A stretch of 64,000 nt of DNA from a virus (taxonomy: Duplodnaviria > Heunggongvirae > Uroviricota > Caudoviricetes), in the IMG/VR virus record IMGVR_UViG_3300025133_000019. The stretch is one strand, 5' to 3'. Made by a program: the position numbers and the translations under genes. The notes beneath the pieces were generated by a model. The model made no database searches. It was not told where the DNA came from and saw only the letters and a list, made by a program, of their open reading frames with translations. Shown here piece by piece: positions 48,147 to 57,682 of this stretch. How positions within the stretch are numbered: position 1 is the stretch's first letter; each line of letters opens with the position of its first letter.

Positions 48147-48300
48147 AATGCCTAGAAAAATATTTTTTCCAGAAACACCTGATAATTCTGTTAGTATAGA
48201 GAGTCCAGAGATGGACTTTAGACTAATAGTAGCGTATCGTAGGGGAAAGTTCCCCACTTTTAACACTGTTGTTTATAGTGGGTTCACAACAGCTAACTAA
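48147..48300 (+). CDS. family E N-terminal fragment (51 aa)
   Basis: SD AAGGAG. Sequence PEMDFRLIVAYRRGKFPTF is homologous to the N-terminus of the 45677 gene. Confidence 0.4.
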
Positions 48301-50030
48301 AAATCTTGATATTTACAGACAAATCCTGTAAAATCAATTTCAATTGAAACACCTGACAATTTAATTATATAAATCGCTTTAAACATTCAAATGAATAAAG
48401 ATCTAACACTAACCCTAGAATCCAAGATCCCAAATCTTGGAGACACATATCAAAAACTGGAGTCATACTCCAGTTTTTACGGTCATCTGGAAAGAATTCT
48501 TTTTCAAATTCTAGTAAAAACCCCTGTAATTGATTCTGAGTTCAGAAAAAACTTGAAAAAAAAGTTTCACTCGTAAATATAATATTCAAGCAAGAATTTT
48601 TAATGCGCTTTGGATTCAAGTTAAAGGTAAATTAGATTCTTTTAAAGAGAGCAAGAAAAGGGAAGAAAAACAACTAAAATCTAAAATAAAAAATTTAAAA
48701 TCTGGCATCAAAAAAGTTAGTAAAGAGCTTGATAACAAGAAAAGAAAACATGGTAAAGGATTCATTAAGCTAAAACCTCATGAAATTAAGCTCAAAAGAC
48801 AAAAGCTTCATTTCCAGAACTCAAAACTAAACAAACTAGAAAATTTTGTTAAAAACAAGAATCTAACATTTGGCGGTTATTCCTTTTTCTTAAAACAGTA
48901 TACTAACCCGGAATATATAGAAAATCATGATTCCTGGTTAACCGAGTGGAAAAGACGGAGAAACAACCACTTTTACTTCATAGGAAGTAAAGACGAGGTC
49001 AGCCAAAATCAACATTCCCAATATAATTTAGATGAAACTGGATTAGAAACACTTAGATTAACTCTTCCTTATCACGTAGAAAAAGAGTTAGGAAAACATC
49101 TTGTTATCCCGGTTAAATTCAGTTCTCACCTGGAAAAGAAAAACGAAAGATACTACAATTACTTTCAGGAAGCAAGAAATCAAAAAGTAGCTTTAAGTTA
49201 TAATTTTTTAAAAAGAGAAAACGGAGTTTGGTATGTTCAAGTAACTTTTAGTATAAAAAAGAAAGTTTATGAAAATAAAAATGGATTTATAGGAATAGAT
49301 TTAAACTACGATCTCATAGCTACTGCTAGTAGCAATAGCTCCGGGAATTACGTTGGATTTAAAAACTACAATTTTAATTCAGAAAACAAAACTGCTGGTC
49401 AAACCAAAAATGAACTTTCCCTTATAATTAACGAAATAGTTAAACTAGCAAAACAAGAGAGCCGGGGAATAGTTATAGAAAAACTGGATTTCAGTAATTT
49501 GAAATTAAAACCGAGATCCAAAACTACTAACAGGAAATTAAACCTGATTCAATATTCAGTTTTCAGAGTTTTATTGGAATCTAGATGCCTAAAACAAGGT
49601 GTACAATTAAAGTTAGTGAATCCAGCTTACACCTCGGTCATAGGAAAATATAAATATGCTAAAAGGTATGGGATAAATTCTCATACCTCAGCAGCATTAG
49701 TAATAGCCCGAAGGGGCTTTTACTCGGCTAAAGAGAGATTACCTGTTCAGTTGACCGATATCCTCCGCAGAGGAGAAGAACAAAAATTTGAAAAAATTTT
49801 TAGATATCGACACCACTGGAGCGCTTGGAATTATCTCTCTAAAAATCTTGAAAAATGTTTGAAGTATGTTATAATGATATACGGAGATTCTTTTAATACT
49901 GGAAATAATTTTAGAATTACGGAAGGAATTAACATGAACTATCTAACCTCAAGATTTAATCCTGAGAAGAAGTCGTTCCTTCTTAGGTATCACGGATTTT
50001 CTGCGAATCAGGAAACGCCATGATTTTTTT
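48301..50030 (+). mobile_element. TnpB-like insertion element, copy 3 (approximate), splitting a family E gene
   Basis: Flanked by the N- and C-terminal family E fragments. The TnpB stop lies within ~8 nt of the right boundary. Confidence 0.5.
48391..50023 (+). pseudogene. divergent TnpB-like protein lacking the zinc finger, frameshifted in an A8 run (48555-48562)
   Basis: Frame 1 runs 48391-48576 and frame 2 runs 48557-50023 with no ATG. RuvC-I IGIDLNYDLIA; RuvC-II IVIEKLD; VNPAYTSVIG without Cys; RuvC-III-like INSHTSAALVIARRG with the Asp replaced. Confidence 0.55.
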
Positions 50031-50032
50031 GA

Positions 50033-50268
50033 ACGGTTTGGTTTACGCCTGATTTTAAGAGTTGTTCTGACGGTTTCAATGAGCAGGAGTACTATGAACA
50101 CAGCTCCGAATCAACGGGCAGAGAAGGTTTAAAAGAGACTATTCAACATCTTACCAGAATAGACCCTAGTGAATGGGAAGTCGTGTTACACGACAATTTA
50201 GTAGAGAAGTACGAAACTATGTTGAAATTTATAAAAGACCATAATTTATCAGTAAATTCAAATCATTA
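50033..50268 (+). pseudogene. family E C-terminal remnant without a start codon
   Basis: EWEVVLHDNLVEKYETMLKFIKDHN aligns with DWEVVLYDTMELKHQALIEFIQSKG of the 45677 gene. Confidence 0.4.
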
Positions 50269-50279
50269 AGGGAGATGTA

Positions 50280-50576
50280 ATGTTGGAGGAAGTTTACAAT
50301 TTAGTAAAAGAAAATCGTATTGATGCAGCTATAGATGTAGCCTTTGAAGGTGTAGATAACTTATGTTCTGCTGAAGACTTTGGAGAAGTAGATAAAGTTT
50401 TAAAAAGTTTGGACCTAGTTAAACTAGATATAAATTTAACTGTCGCTTTTTTATCTATAACTCTAGCAGCAAAAGACGAGTTAAAATACAGAGAAACCTT
50501 TTACGAAAGATGCCGAGAAAGACTGTTAGTTTTATGTCCGGAAAGGTTAGATAAGGTTTTGGGTGGATTGAGGTAA
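50280..50576 (+). CDS. hypothetical protein
   Basis: 98-aa ORF. Confidence 0.4.
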   Translation: MLEEVYNLVKENRIDAAIDVAFEGVDNLCSAEDFGEVDKVLKSLDLVKLDINLTVAFLSITLAAKDELKYRETFYERCRERLLVLCPERLDKVLGGLR

Positions 50577-50854
50577 TGGATATTATAATTACTATTTTGG
50601 GTTGGTATCTTTTTGGCCATTTGATAATAGGATTTTTGACTTTGCTCTCGGTGCTTTTCTTAAATGCGGACGGCGGTTTTGGTGCAAAGGAATTTTCTTG
50701 CGTTTTCGGGACCTGCGTTATATTAGGGCCTATTTCTACTATACTTACTACTCTAGCTATTCTTGATGAAGAGGGTTTGCTCACTAGACAGTTTAAAGTA
50801 GCTTTAAATTATTGGTTTTTTAGGTTACCTAAAAAATATTTGTTTAGAGGTTGA
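50576..50854 (+). CDS. small membrane protein, YWFxEYP-family
   Basis: TM helices and a C-terminal NYWFFRLPKKY. Confidence 0.5.
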   Translation: MDIIITILGWYLFGHLIIGFLTLLSVLFLNADGGFGAKEFSCVFGTCVILGPISTILTTLAILDEEGLLTRQFKVALNYWFFRLPKKYLFRG

Positions 50855-50867
50855 AGAAGGAGTTTTA

Positions 50868-51236
50868 ATGGGCAATCATCCAAGTTTTGTTTTATATTAC
50901 GGAGTTACAGCAGGGGAATTAGTTTCTGAATACGACAGTGACTTAGAAGAAATAGTATTCGAGTTTGACGGGAAACCAGTCGTGTATGATGAGGGGAATG
51001 GAACAGGTTTACCAGAGGAATTATCCGATTTATGTATTACCTGTCCTATAAGGTTTTGTGATGATCCTGGTGAAGAAACAGTTGTTGGATTCAGGGTATT
51101 TGGAGTTGACGGGTCTTGTGAATTAGTTAGTGATGTCACTATAGATCAAGAAAAATTAATGGAGTTTGAAGAGCTGTTTAGTAGGATTAACACAGAGCTT
51201 AGCCCTAGGCTTATTGGGATGGTGGATGTGTCATGA
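50868..51236 (+). CDS. acidic hypothetical protein
   Basis: 122-aa ORF. Confidence 0.4.
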   Translation: MGNHPSFVLYYGVTAGELVSEYDSDLEEIVFEFDGKPVVYDEGNGTGLPEELSDLCITCPIRFCDDPGEETVVGFRVFGVDGSCELVSDVTIDQEKLMEFEELFSRINTELSPRLIGMVDVS

Positions 51237-51442
51237 GTAGAGGCATCCCAACAAAGATGACACTACGAGAGTTTATTATCAAAATAATGACTAAATATCC
51301 TGATTACTTAGAGGATGAATTAAGCTTCAGTACTTATGTAAAGAACGGTGATTCAGTTGACTCGGAGTTCAGAGAAATAAGTGAGTGTGGAATGGGATTT
51401 TGCACTATTGTTTTAGATCAGAAAGAAGAAGAGGAAGAGTGA
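51233..51442 (+). CDS. hypothetical small protein
   Basis: 69-aa ORF with overlapping start and stop. Confidence 0.35.
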   Translation: MSRGIPTKMTLREFIIKIMTKYPDYLEDELSFSTYVKNGDSVDSEFREISECGMGFCTIVLDQKEEEEE

Positions 51443-51766
51443 GTGGGAATCTATAACGAGTTTTCTGTTATAATAGGGGTTTGTTCTGGTGAAGTCATTC
51501 AAGAGACAAAAACTGTGCTAACAGTTTTTGGGAATAAAGTTGAGTACCCCGAAGATTATTTAGAAGAAAAAGGATTAGAGGCAGTCACTTCTTATAACGG
51601 GGAGTATCTTTATGTGGGCCACATGATTAAAAGGCTAACTGAAGAGGACTCTGGAACATTAACCAGAGATGAATTAGATGAAGTTTTTTCATTAGCTCAA
51701 TCTAAATTCGAGTCAGAAGGATACACCGGGCCACTGCGATTGATATATTGTTGGGAGCAGCATTAA
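51443..51766 (+). CDS. hypothetical protein
   Basis: 107-aa ORF. Confidence 0.4.
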   Translation: MGIYNEFSVIIGVCSGEVIQETKTVLTVFGNKVEYPEDYLEEKGLEAVTSYNGEYLYVGHMIKRLTEEDSGTLTRDELDEVFSLAQSKFESEGYTGPLRLIYCWEQH

Positions 51767-51787
51767 TTTGAGGGTATAGTTTAGGTT

Positions 51788-52009
51788 GTGAGCATAAAAG
51801 TTATAGACGGCAAAGAATATCACATCGAAGATTTAGATCCCTACGGAAATCCCTATGAAAATATGTTACCAACAGAAGAAAGCACCGCTGAGTCCATGAG
51901 CTACATGATATCCGATAATATAGTAACTAACTTTTATACCGGAGAAAAGTGGTTTTTAACCAAAAAAGATGATGTTTATAGTTACATTAGTGAAAAGAAT
52001 CTGGTTTAG
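51788..52009 (+). CDS. divergent DLDCNGNPY-family member
   Basis: IEDLDPYGNPYENMLP. Confidence 0.4.
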   Translation: MSIKVIDGKEYHIEDLDPYGNPYENMLPTEESTAESMSYMISDNIVTNFYTGEKWFLTKKDDVYSYISEKNLV

Positions 52010-52047
52010 TTTTAATACTTGGTTTAATACTTGGTTTAATACTAAAC
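52000..52047 (+). repeat. 12-nt tandem repeat (TTAATACTTGGT, ~3 copies)
   Basis: Direct repeats spanning a gene boundary. Confidence 0.7.
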
Positions 52048-52058
52048 AGGAGATCTTT

Positions 52059-52328
52059 ATGGAAACCTCAAGAAAAGTTGTAATAACAAATCGAAATAAA
52101 TTGGGAATAGATTCTGAATACCTAGACTTAACTTTATCCCTAGCCTTTAGTCCAGACCACCACTACAAAGAATTTTCTTGTGCCCACCACAATAACACTT
52201 TTTCAATATTTAGCTCAGAAGATGGCTCTTCTGTTGATATAGTAGGGGAAGAGGCTATATACAAAGAAATAAAAAATTACTTGACCAAAACTGGCTTATA
52301 CATCAATATGATACTAGAGGAGACCTAG
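52059..52328 (+). CDS. hypothetical protein
   Basis: SD AGGAG and ATG at 52059 (METSRKVV...). Confidence 0.4.
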   Translation: METSRKVVITNRNKLGIDSEYLDLTLSLAFSPDHHYKEFSCAHHNNTFSIFSSEDGSSVDIVGEEAIYKEIKNYLTKTGLYINMILEET

Positions 52329-52665
52329 TTAATACCCTAGATATCTTTGATGATACATATTATTCTAGTGTCCCTGATAAAGGAAAATTTAGGTCTATAA
52401 TAAATATTGGTTCCAAGGAAATTAGCTCCTACGGTGTTGGCAAGTTCGATCTTTGTCAGGTAGTATTATATACTTCTAAAGAGGCATTTTTGTTCTTTAA
52501 GGTTGAAAACAATTCTAGAGTAAGCTGGTACGTTGTGAACGGAACCGGGGCTTTTTCTGACGTTTTAGACAGGATATCTACTCAATTAGGAGATGTTCAA
52601 GAAATTGTTCAGTATAGCGATCATCATAAAAAGTATAAGGAGCTTGCTAACTTTTTAAAGTAGGT

Positions 52666-53040
52666 TTGATGGATATGGAAGAGAAAAAATACAGCCCATG
52701 TGACCTAGACGTTAACGGGAATCCCTATTCCGATGCTATACCACTAGGGGACCAAGAGTTTTCAGCCGAAGAGGATTTTGCTAAAGCGAAAGCAACTACG
52801 GTATCCATATATAAACCAGCTCATTGGCCTTTTATTCCTTCGCCAGGAGAAACTATTGTTATTCAAAGCAGCAGTTCAATGTCTAGTGCAGTAGAGAAAG
52901 TAGTTAAAGTAGATTTAGCTGGAGAGCGTATCTTCACTACTTATACTGGGGTATTGTCATGGCTTTTCGATACCAGATTTTGGAACTCTGGGTTCCAATT
53001 CTCCAGGTATTCCGGCCAAAAAAATATATTAGTAAGGTAA
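52666..53040 (+). CDS. DLDCNGNPY-family small protein
   Basis: CDLDVNGNPYSDAIPLG...KPAHWPFIPSPGETIVIQ. Confidence 0.6.
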   Translation: MMDMEEKKYSPCDLDVNGNPYSDAIPLGDQEFSAEEDFAKAKATTVSIYKPAHWPFIPSPGETIVIQSSSSMSSAVEKVVKVDLAGERIFTTYTGVLSWLFDTRFWNSGFQFSRYSGQKNILVR

Positions 53041-53041
53041 T

Positions 53042-53329
53042 ATGCTGAGTCCTATAGTATCGGTCTTAGAACTATTTCTCGCAGCACATACTGTACTAGG
53101 TCTGCTAGGATTTTTAACAGGCATCTTGGCAGGCAGAGACTATGCACTATCTAGGTCCTTGTTTCAAACGTTCTATCTGTGCATGTTTTTAGGTCCTTTA
53201 GCATTCTTTATTTTCCTCCAGTCGGATAAAAATACTGGCTATAGAGATACTATTTGTGATACTATTAAAGCAGGGCTAGATAAAGTAAGGTATTGGCCTC
53301 TCCAAGAAAAAGTAGAGCTTTATGTCTGA
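53042..53329 (+). CDS. small membrane protein
   Basis: Two or three TM helices. Confidence 0.45.
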   Translation: MLSPIVSVLELFLAAHTVLGLLGFLTGILAGRDYALSRSLFQTFYLCMFLGPLAFFIFLQSDKNTGYRDTICDTIKAGLDKVRYWPLQEKVELYV

Positions 53330-53621
53330 ACATATTTTTTATTATATAGGAAGCTTTGTTACCTATTATTCAATGTTTTCTTTACTAACCGGATTTCTTT
53401 ATGTTTTTTGGGAAGGCCCTTATTTGAAGATACTAGGGAGTATAGAGGAACTGGTTATGAGAATGGTTCTCTGGCCTGTGGCATGGATCACCGCTGTTAT
53501 AAGCATATTCCGGCACGGAATAACTCTTGATTCAGTTAAAATAGTTTTTTCATTCTGGTTTTTGACTGTGCATGAAGCAATCACGGCAAAGAGCAAAAGT
53601 GTTCAAAAAGATAAGAAGTAA
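53322..53621 (+). CDS. small membrane protein
   Basis: TM helices and a C-terminal FSFWFLTVHE. Confidence 0.45.
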   Translation: MSEHIFYYIGSFVTYYSMFSLLTGFLYVFWEGPYLKILGSIEELVMRMVLWPVAWITAVISIFRHGITLDSVKIVFSFWFLTVHEAITAKSKSVQKDKK

Positions 53622-53696
53622 ATTTAAAGAGTTTAAATTCTGGTTATCAGAGTTATTCTTTGATATAATTTACTACCGTTTTAATAAGTAGGTGTA

Positions 53697-53999
53697 ATGA
53701 TTGATACAGCGATTTGGTGGGTAGGAGTTCTCGGGATTCTCCATTTCACAACAGGATTTCTATTGTATGGCGTTATTCTTTTTCTGGATAAGCACACAAT
53801 CTTTTCCCATACCATAGGACACCACTTGCTAGCCTTTGTTGGCTCTGTTCTATTGGGGTTCTTCTGCGTACTCGTTATAGCGGAGCATGTGGTCGAATCC
53901 GAAGAACCCTTAAAAGTTCATTTACAAAAAAGCTTTAAATTCTGGTTTTCAGAGTTCCCTAAGTATTTTATTATGAGGATAAAAGAAAAATGGCTGTAG
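53697..53999 (+). CDS. small membrane protein, YWFxEYP-family
   Basis: C-terminal SFKFWFSEFPKYF. Confidence 0.5.
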   Translation: MIDTAIWWVGVLGILHFTTGFLLYGVILFLDKHTIFSHTIGHHLLAFVGSVLLGFFCVLVIAEHVVESEEPLKVHLQKSFKFWFSEFPKYFIMRIKEKWL

Positions 54000-54226
54000 A
54001 AACCCTATTAATAGCGTGGGGATACGTACTTTCAGGGGTGTTTTCTGTTATCATAATTTATTTCCTCTCCGAAGGTTTCCCAGAAACGAGTAGTTTCGAG
54101 TGGTCAGTTTGTTTTGTGTTGGGTCCTTTTATATTAGCGTTATTTTTTGGATTCTTGGTTTTTGAGCACAGCAACTGTAAACAAGCCTTTGATTACTGGT
54201 TTTATGAGTATCCTATTCATGTTTAG
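53990..54226 (+). CDS. small membrane protein, YWFxEYP-family
   Basis: C-terminal FDYWFYEYPIHV. Confidence 0.5.
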   Translation: MAVETLLIAWGYVLSGVFSVIIIYFLSEGFPETSSFEWSVCFVLGPFILALFFGFLVFEHSNCKQAFDYWFYEYPIHV

Positions 54227-54232
54227 AAAGGT

Positions 54233-54514
54233 ATGATTATGTTAATATATTCTTTGGCAGGAATTGCGGTGTGGATACTGAGCCTGATTTTGTGTAACGA
54301 CGAAGATCTTGATACCCCCTTTTTATGGTTAAGTCCTGGATGGTTTTTTACGGTAGTGGTGTTCTGGCCTATTCATATATTAATGGTTTCTATAGAATTT
54401 ATTAAGAAAAAGTATTACCTTGTTCCCAAGGAAGTTTTGGGGTATCATTGGAAGTCTGCTAATCTTTTTATTACTAGGTTTATTAGGGATATCAAGAGTA
54501 TTTTAGTGTCTTAG
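54233..54514 (+). CDS. small membrane protein
   Basis: Two TM helices. Confidence 0.45.
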   Translation: MIMLIYSLAGIAVWILSLILCNDEDLDTPFLWLSPGWFFTVVVFWPIHILMVSIEFIKKKYYLVPKEVLGYHWKSANLFITRFIRDIKSILVS

Positions 54515-54524
54515 AGAGAAAAAA

Positions 54525-54875
54525 ATGAAAGAGATAGAGGTAAATGGGGAACGCTATAGTCCAGAAGACTTAGATTGCAACGGTAATCCTTACTCGGATG
54601 CGAGACCAGCTAACCAAAGCTCTGTTCTTTCTACTCCCAACTCCCACTGGCCTTTCACGCCAGCTCCGGGTGATATAATCACGATAAGCTCTTATAACAA
54701 TCCAGCCACGTTTGCTGAAGAGGTTTTATCGGTGGATACAGCTAGGTTTGAAATACAGCCCTCAAGGTTTTTAGGGACCTCTAGTTACTGGTGCTTTTGT
54801 TTGACATGCTGGACTAATGGTAGCACTTTTGAAAAGTATGACCCTAACAGTGGGGTAAGAGTTTTAAAATCTTAG
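54525..54875 (+). CDS. DLDCNGNPY-family small protein
   Basis: EDLDCNGNPYSDARP...NSHWPFTPAPGDIITIS. Confidence 0.6.
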   Translation: MKEIEVNGERYSPEDLDCNGNPYSDARPANQSSVLSTPNSHWPFTPAPGDIITISSYNNPATFAEEVLSVDTARFEIQPSRFLGTSSYWCFCLTCWTNGSTFEKYDPNSGVRVLKS

Positions 54876-54883
54876 GAAAAGCT

Positions 54884-55333
54884 ATGGAAATTATTTGTAA
54901 ATTCTGTGTCTCTAGTGATTTACATTGTGCGGTATGCAATAACAAGGGAACTGTTTTACTGCATAAGTTATCAGAACCTTTATCTCTACGGACTATTCTT
55001 GATAATTATGAGCTAGTCCATTTTTTAGATATTGACAAAGAGTATAATGTTAAGTGTGGAAAACCGTGTTCTGAATGCGGAGGAAGTGGTACTACTTTTG
55101 AGAACAGTGGTCTTGGTATAACTGAAGAAAAATGTTTTAGCTGCGGTGGCTACGGATCAGTCGCTATGGAGTTAGGAAATCTTGAAATCGTGTGCGTTGA
55201 GAAGAGACTTCGAAAAACAATAATGGGTCTCTTAGACGAGCTTCAGCACACTCCTTTGGACAGACCAGAAGACAGGTGCAAGCTAAAATTAAAGGTTGAT
55301 TTGTTGGGTGAGATAATGGAGAGCTTTCATTAA
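54884..55333 (+). CDS. DnaJ-type zinc-finger (CxxCxGxG, two copies) small protein
   Basis: CSECGGSG and CFSCGGYG, plus an N-terminal CKFC...CAVC. Confidence 0.5.
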   Translation: MEIICKFCVSSDLHCAVCNNKGTVLLHKLSEPLSLRTILDNYELVHFLDIDKEYNVKCGKPCSECGGSGTTFENSGLGITEEKCFSCGGYGSVAMELGNLEIVCVEKRLRKTIMGLLDELQHTPLDRPEDRCKLKLKVDLLGEIMESFH

Positions 55334-55573
55334 ATGGAATACCTAGGGATTACGAGTTTAGTATTAGTTTCCTGTATATTCCCCAGATTCTCTCTTTTGT
55401 TTTTGGGTCCTGGCGTAGGTATTCTTAGTTTTTTTAGTTTGCTTGTCCTGCCTTATACTACGGTAGCTATAACTGTCAGTCTGGTTTCGTGGTTAAATCA
55501 TCCTGCGATAGTTATAATGTTTTGGACTTTAGCTGTAGCAGAAATTTTAACTCTTCTAGAACTTTTAGATTGA
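55334..55573 (+). CDS. small membrane protein
   Basis: Three hydrophobic helices. Confidence 0.4.
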   Translation: MEYLGITSLVLVSCIFPRFSLLFLGPGVGILSFFSLLVLPYTTVAITVSLVSWLNHPAIVIMFWTLAVAEILTLLELLD

Positions 55574-55615
55574 GATCTATTTACACTACCCACATTTTAT
55601 GTCATACTCATTAAT

Positions 55616-56638
55616 ATGAGTGGATTCCGAAAATTTAATTCTATAAAAGAAGTTGTCCTCCAAAAATACCTTGATCGAGTCTACAGAGAAGGTTATGGAG
55701 ACGAGGTTTTTGTGGTTCTCGAAAAATACCACGGAGCCAACTTCGGTGTAATTGTAGACGACCAAGGGGTCAGGTGTCAATCCAGAGAGCTGTTGTTGGA
55801 AGAGGATGCCAGCTTCTATGATTACGAGCACATACTAGAAAGAGACCGTGAAAAATTCAAACAGGTATTCGATTTCTTTAAATCTTCTTTTCAAGGAGTA
55901 AACTCTATAATTTTATACGGGGAATTAGTAGGCGGGGTCTATGACCATCCCGAGTATAACAAAAAAATAAGGGACAACATAATTCAGCACGAAGTCCACT
56001 ATGCTCCTGACACGGATTGTGTATTCTTTGACATTTTTATTAGAGGGGATAGAGAACACTATCTAAATCACCTTGACGTAGTTACTATGATAAATTCTTA
56101 TGAGCTTAAATACTCAGAAGTTCTGTTTGAGGGAAGTCTTAAGGATTGCTTGGAATTCTCAGCTAAAACTAATGGAGACCCTTCTCTTGGGTTCAAGAAG
56201 TGGGGTTTACCCGAGATAGCTGACAACATCAGAGAGGGTAATGTAATAAAACCATTGAAATCCCTATTTTTCAAAGACGGTAGAAGGATCATTTTTAAGG
56301 ATAAAAATGATAAATTCAGAGAGACCTTGGCAAGAAAGAAGCCGGATCTGGGGGCCACTGAGAGATCAAAGGAAGCCAGAGAACTGATAAAGGACTTTGT
56401 CACGGAAGCTAGGCTCAAAAGTGTTTTAAGCAAGCATTCCAGGTTTAGTCAAAAGGATTTTGGAAAGCTAATGGGACTTTATATGAAAGACGTGATTGAA
56501 GATTTTAGAGATCATTATCCCGATGTTTTTTCTGATACCTCTAAAAAAGAAAGAAGCTCTATCACAAAACATGCTACAGGGTTAGCACAGCGTCTTATAA
56601 TGAGCAGTTTTGCAAAAATTGTAGACGGAACTTACTAA
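55616..56638 (+). CDS. Rnl2-family ATP-dependent RNA ligase
   Basis: Motif I EKYHGANFG (KxHGxN) and motif III ILYGELVGG. About 340 aa, matching the T4 Rnl2 layout. Confidence 0.8.
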   Translation: MSGFRKFNSIKEVVLQKYLDRVYREGYGDEVFVVLEKYHGANFGVIVDDQGVRCQSRELLLEEDASFYDYEHILERDREKFKQVFDFFKSSFQGVNSIILYGELVGGVYDHPEYNKKIRDNIIQHEVHYAPDTDCVFFDIFIRGDREHYLNHLDVVTMINSYELKYSEVLFEGSLKDCLEFSAKTNGDPSLGFKKWGLPEIADNIREGNVIKPLKSLFFKDGRRIIFKDKNDKFRETLARKKPDLGATERSKEARELIKDFVTEARLKSVLSKHSRFSQKDFGKLMGLYMKDVIEDFRDHYPDVFSDTSKKERSSITKHATGLAQRLIMSSFAKIVDGTY

Positions 56639-56646
56639 GGGGGACT

Positions 56647-56892
56647 ATGACTTTTTATAGATCGTATATAAAAGTTTTACATGATTGGATGCAGGTTAAC
56701 GGAATTGAGTCTATTCCTTTGCCTTATAGAGACGGAGCTTCCATCAAAGCCAGGAGAACAGCTTTAGCAGAGATGCTAGAGATGACTTGTCCCGAAAGAG
56801 ACAAGGAAATTCCTGCATTATGCGTAATAGGCTTTGCCTCTATTACAGAAGAAGATATAACATGGGCAAAAAAGGCTTTGAGAAATGAGTAA
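56647..56892 (+). CDS. hypothetical small protein
   Basis: 81-aa ORF. Confidence 0.35.
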   Translation: MTFYRSYIKVLHDWMQVNGIESIPLPYRDGASIKARRTALAEMLEMTCPERDKEIPALCVIGFASITEEDITWAKKALRNE

Positions 56893-57097
56893 AACCAAAA
56901 AAGATTGTACATACGATATTAATGTAGATGATTTTTTCGACGCTGTCTCAGAATTTACGGCGGGTGTGAAATCTGCTTTAGAATCTAATACTTTGAAAGT
57001 CATTGTAGACAGAGAAGAAGATTCTGTTCAAGTAATAAGAGAGCTGGAAACCCTGGAAATAATTCCTCCAGAAAGTTTAGAATCAATGTTTCTTTAA
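56885..57097 (+). CDS. hypothetical small acidic protein
   Basis: 70-aa ORF. Confidence 0.35.
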   Translation: MSKTKKDCTYDINVDDFFDAVSEFTAGVKSALESNTLKVIVDREEDSVQVIRELETLEIIPPESLESMFL

Positions 57098-57252
57098 AAA
57101 GTGGAGTTAGATGAGGTTTCCGGGCAATTCGTGTTCCATTTATTAGGAGGATTCGAGGAGGTGGATTCTGATGATAGTAGCTAGTTCAAAAAAATCAGGA
57201 CTTGGACCTATTTTAGGTTGACATACTTTAAATTTTGTATTAACATAAAACT

Positions 57253-57642
57253 ATGGAAAACAAAAACGAGTATATAGTTGTGGCCAGGAGAAACAAATTT
57301 AAAGAGTCTCTTGATGCTAGACTTGTAGACGGGTTTGTTGTAGGTAATGCTAGAAAGTTTGCTAGTGTGATAGGAGATGAGACCACTTTGATAAGCCAAG
57401 CAGGAAAAGAAGAGGAAGATATACTTCATCTTATTGACCTAGGGTTTACAGATGACTTTAATCACAATATAAAAGTTATTCTAGAAGAGCGTATGAAATC
57501 TTTTAGAACTGGCAAGGCAAACCGAAAATATGAGCCCTTTATAGCTAGACGTTCTGCGAGTAGTTCAGATGTCATAAAGTTCTCCAGGAAATTAAGAAAA
57601 CAAGGACTTTTAACCAAAGTAGTAGAATTAACTCTTGAATAG
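57253..57642 (+). CDS. hypothetical protein
   Basis: 129-aa ORF. Confidence 0.4.
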   Translation: MENKNEYIVVARRNKFKESLDARLVDGFVVGNARKFASVIGDETTLISQAGKEEEDILHLIDLGFTDDFNHNIKVILEERMKSFRTGKANRKYEPFIARRSASSSDVIKFSRKLRKQGLLTKVVELTLE

Positions 57643-57682
57643 GTATAAGAGTTAGTGCTATCCTAATATAGGAGGAGAAAAC

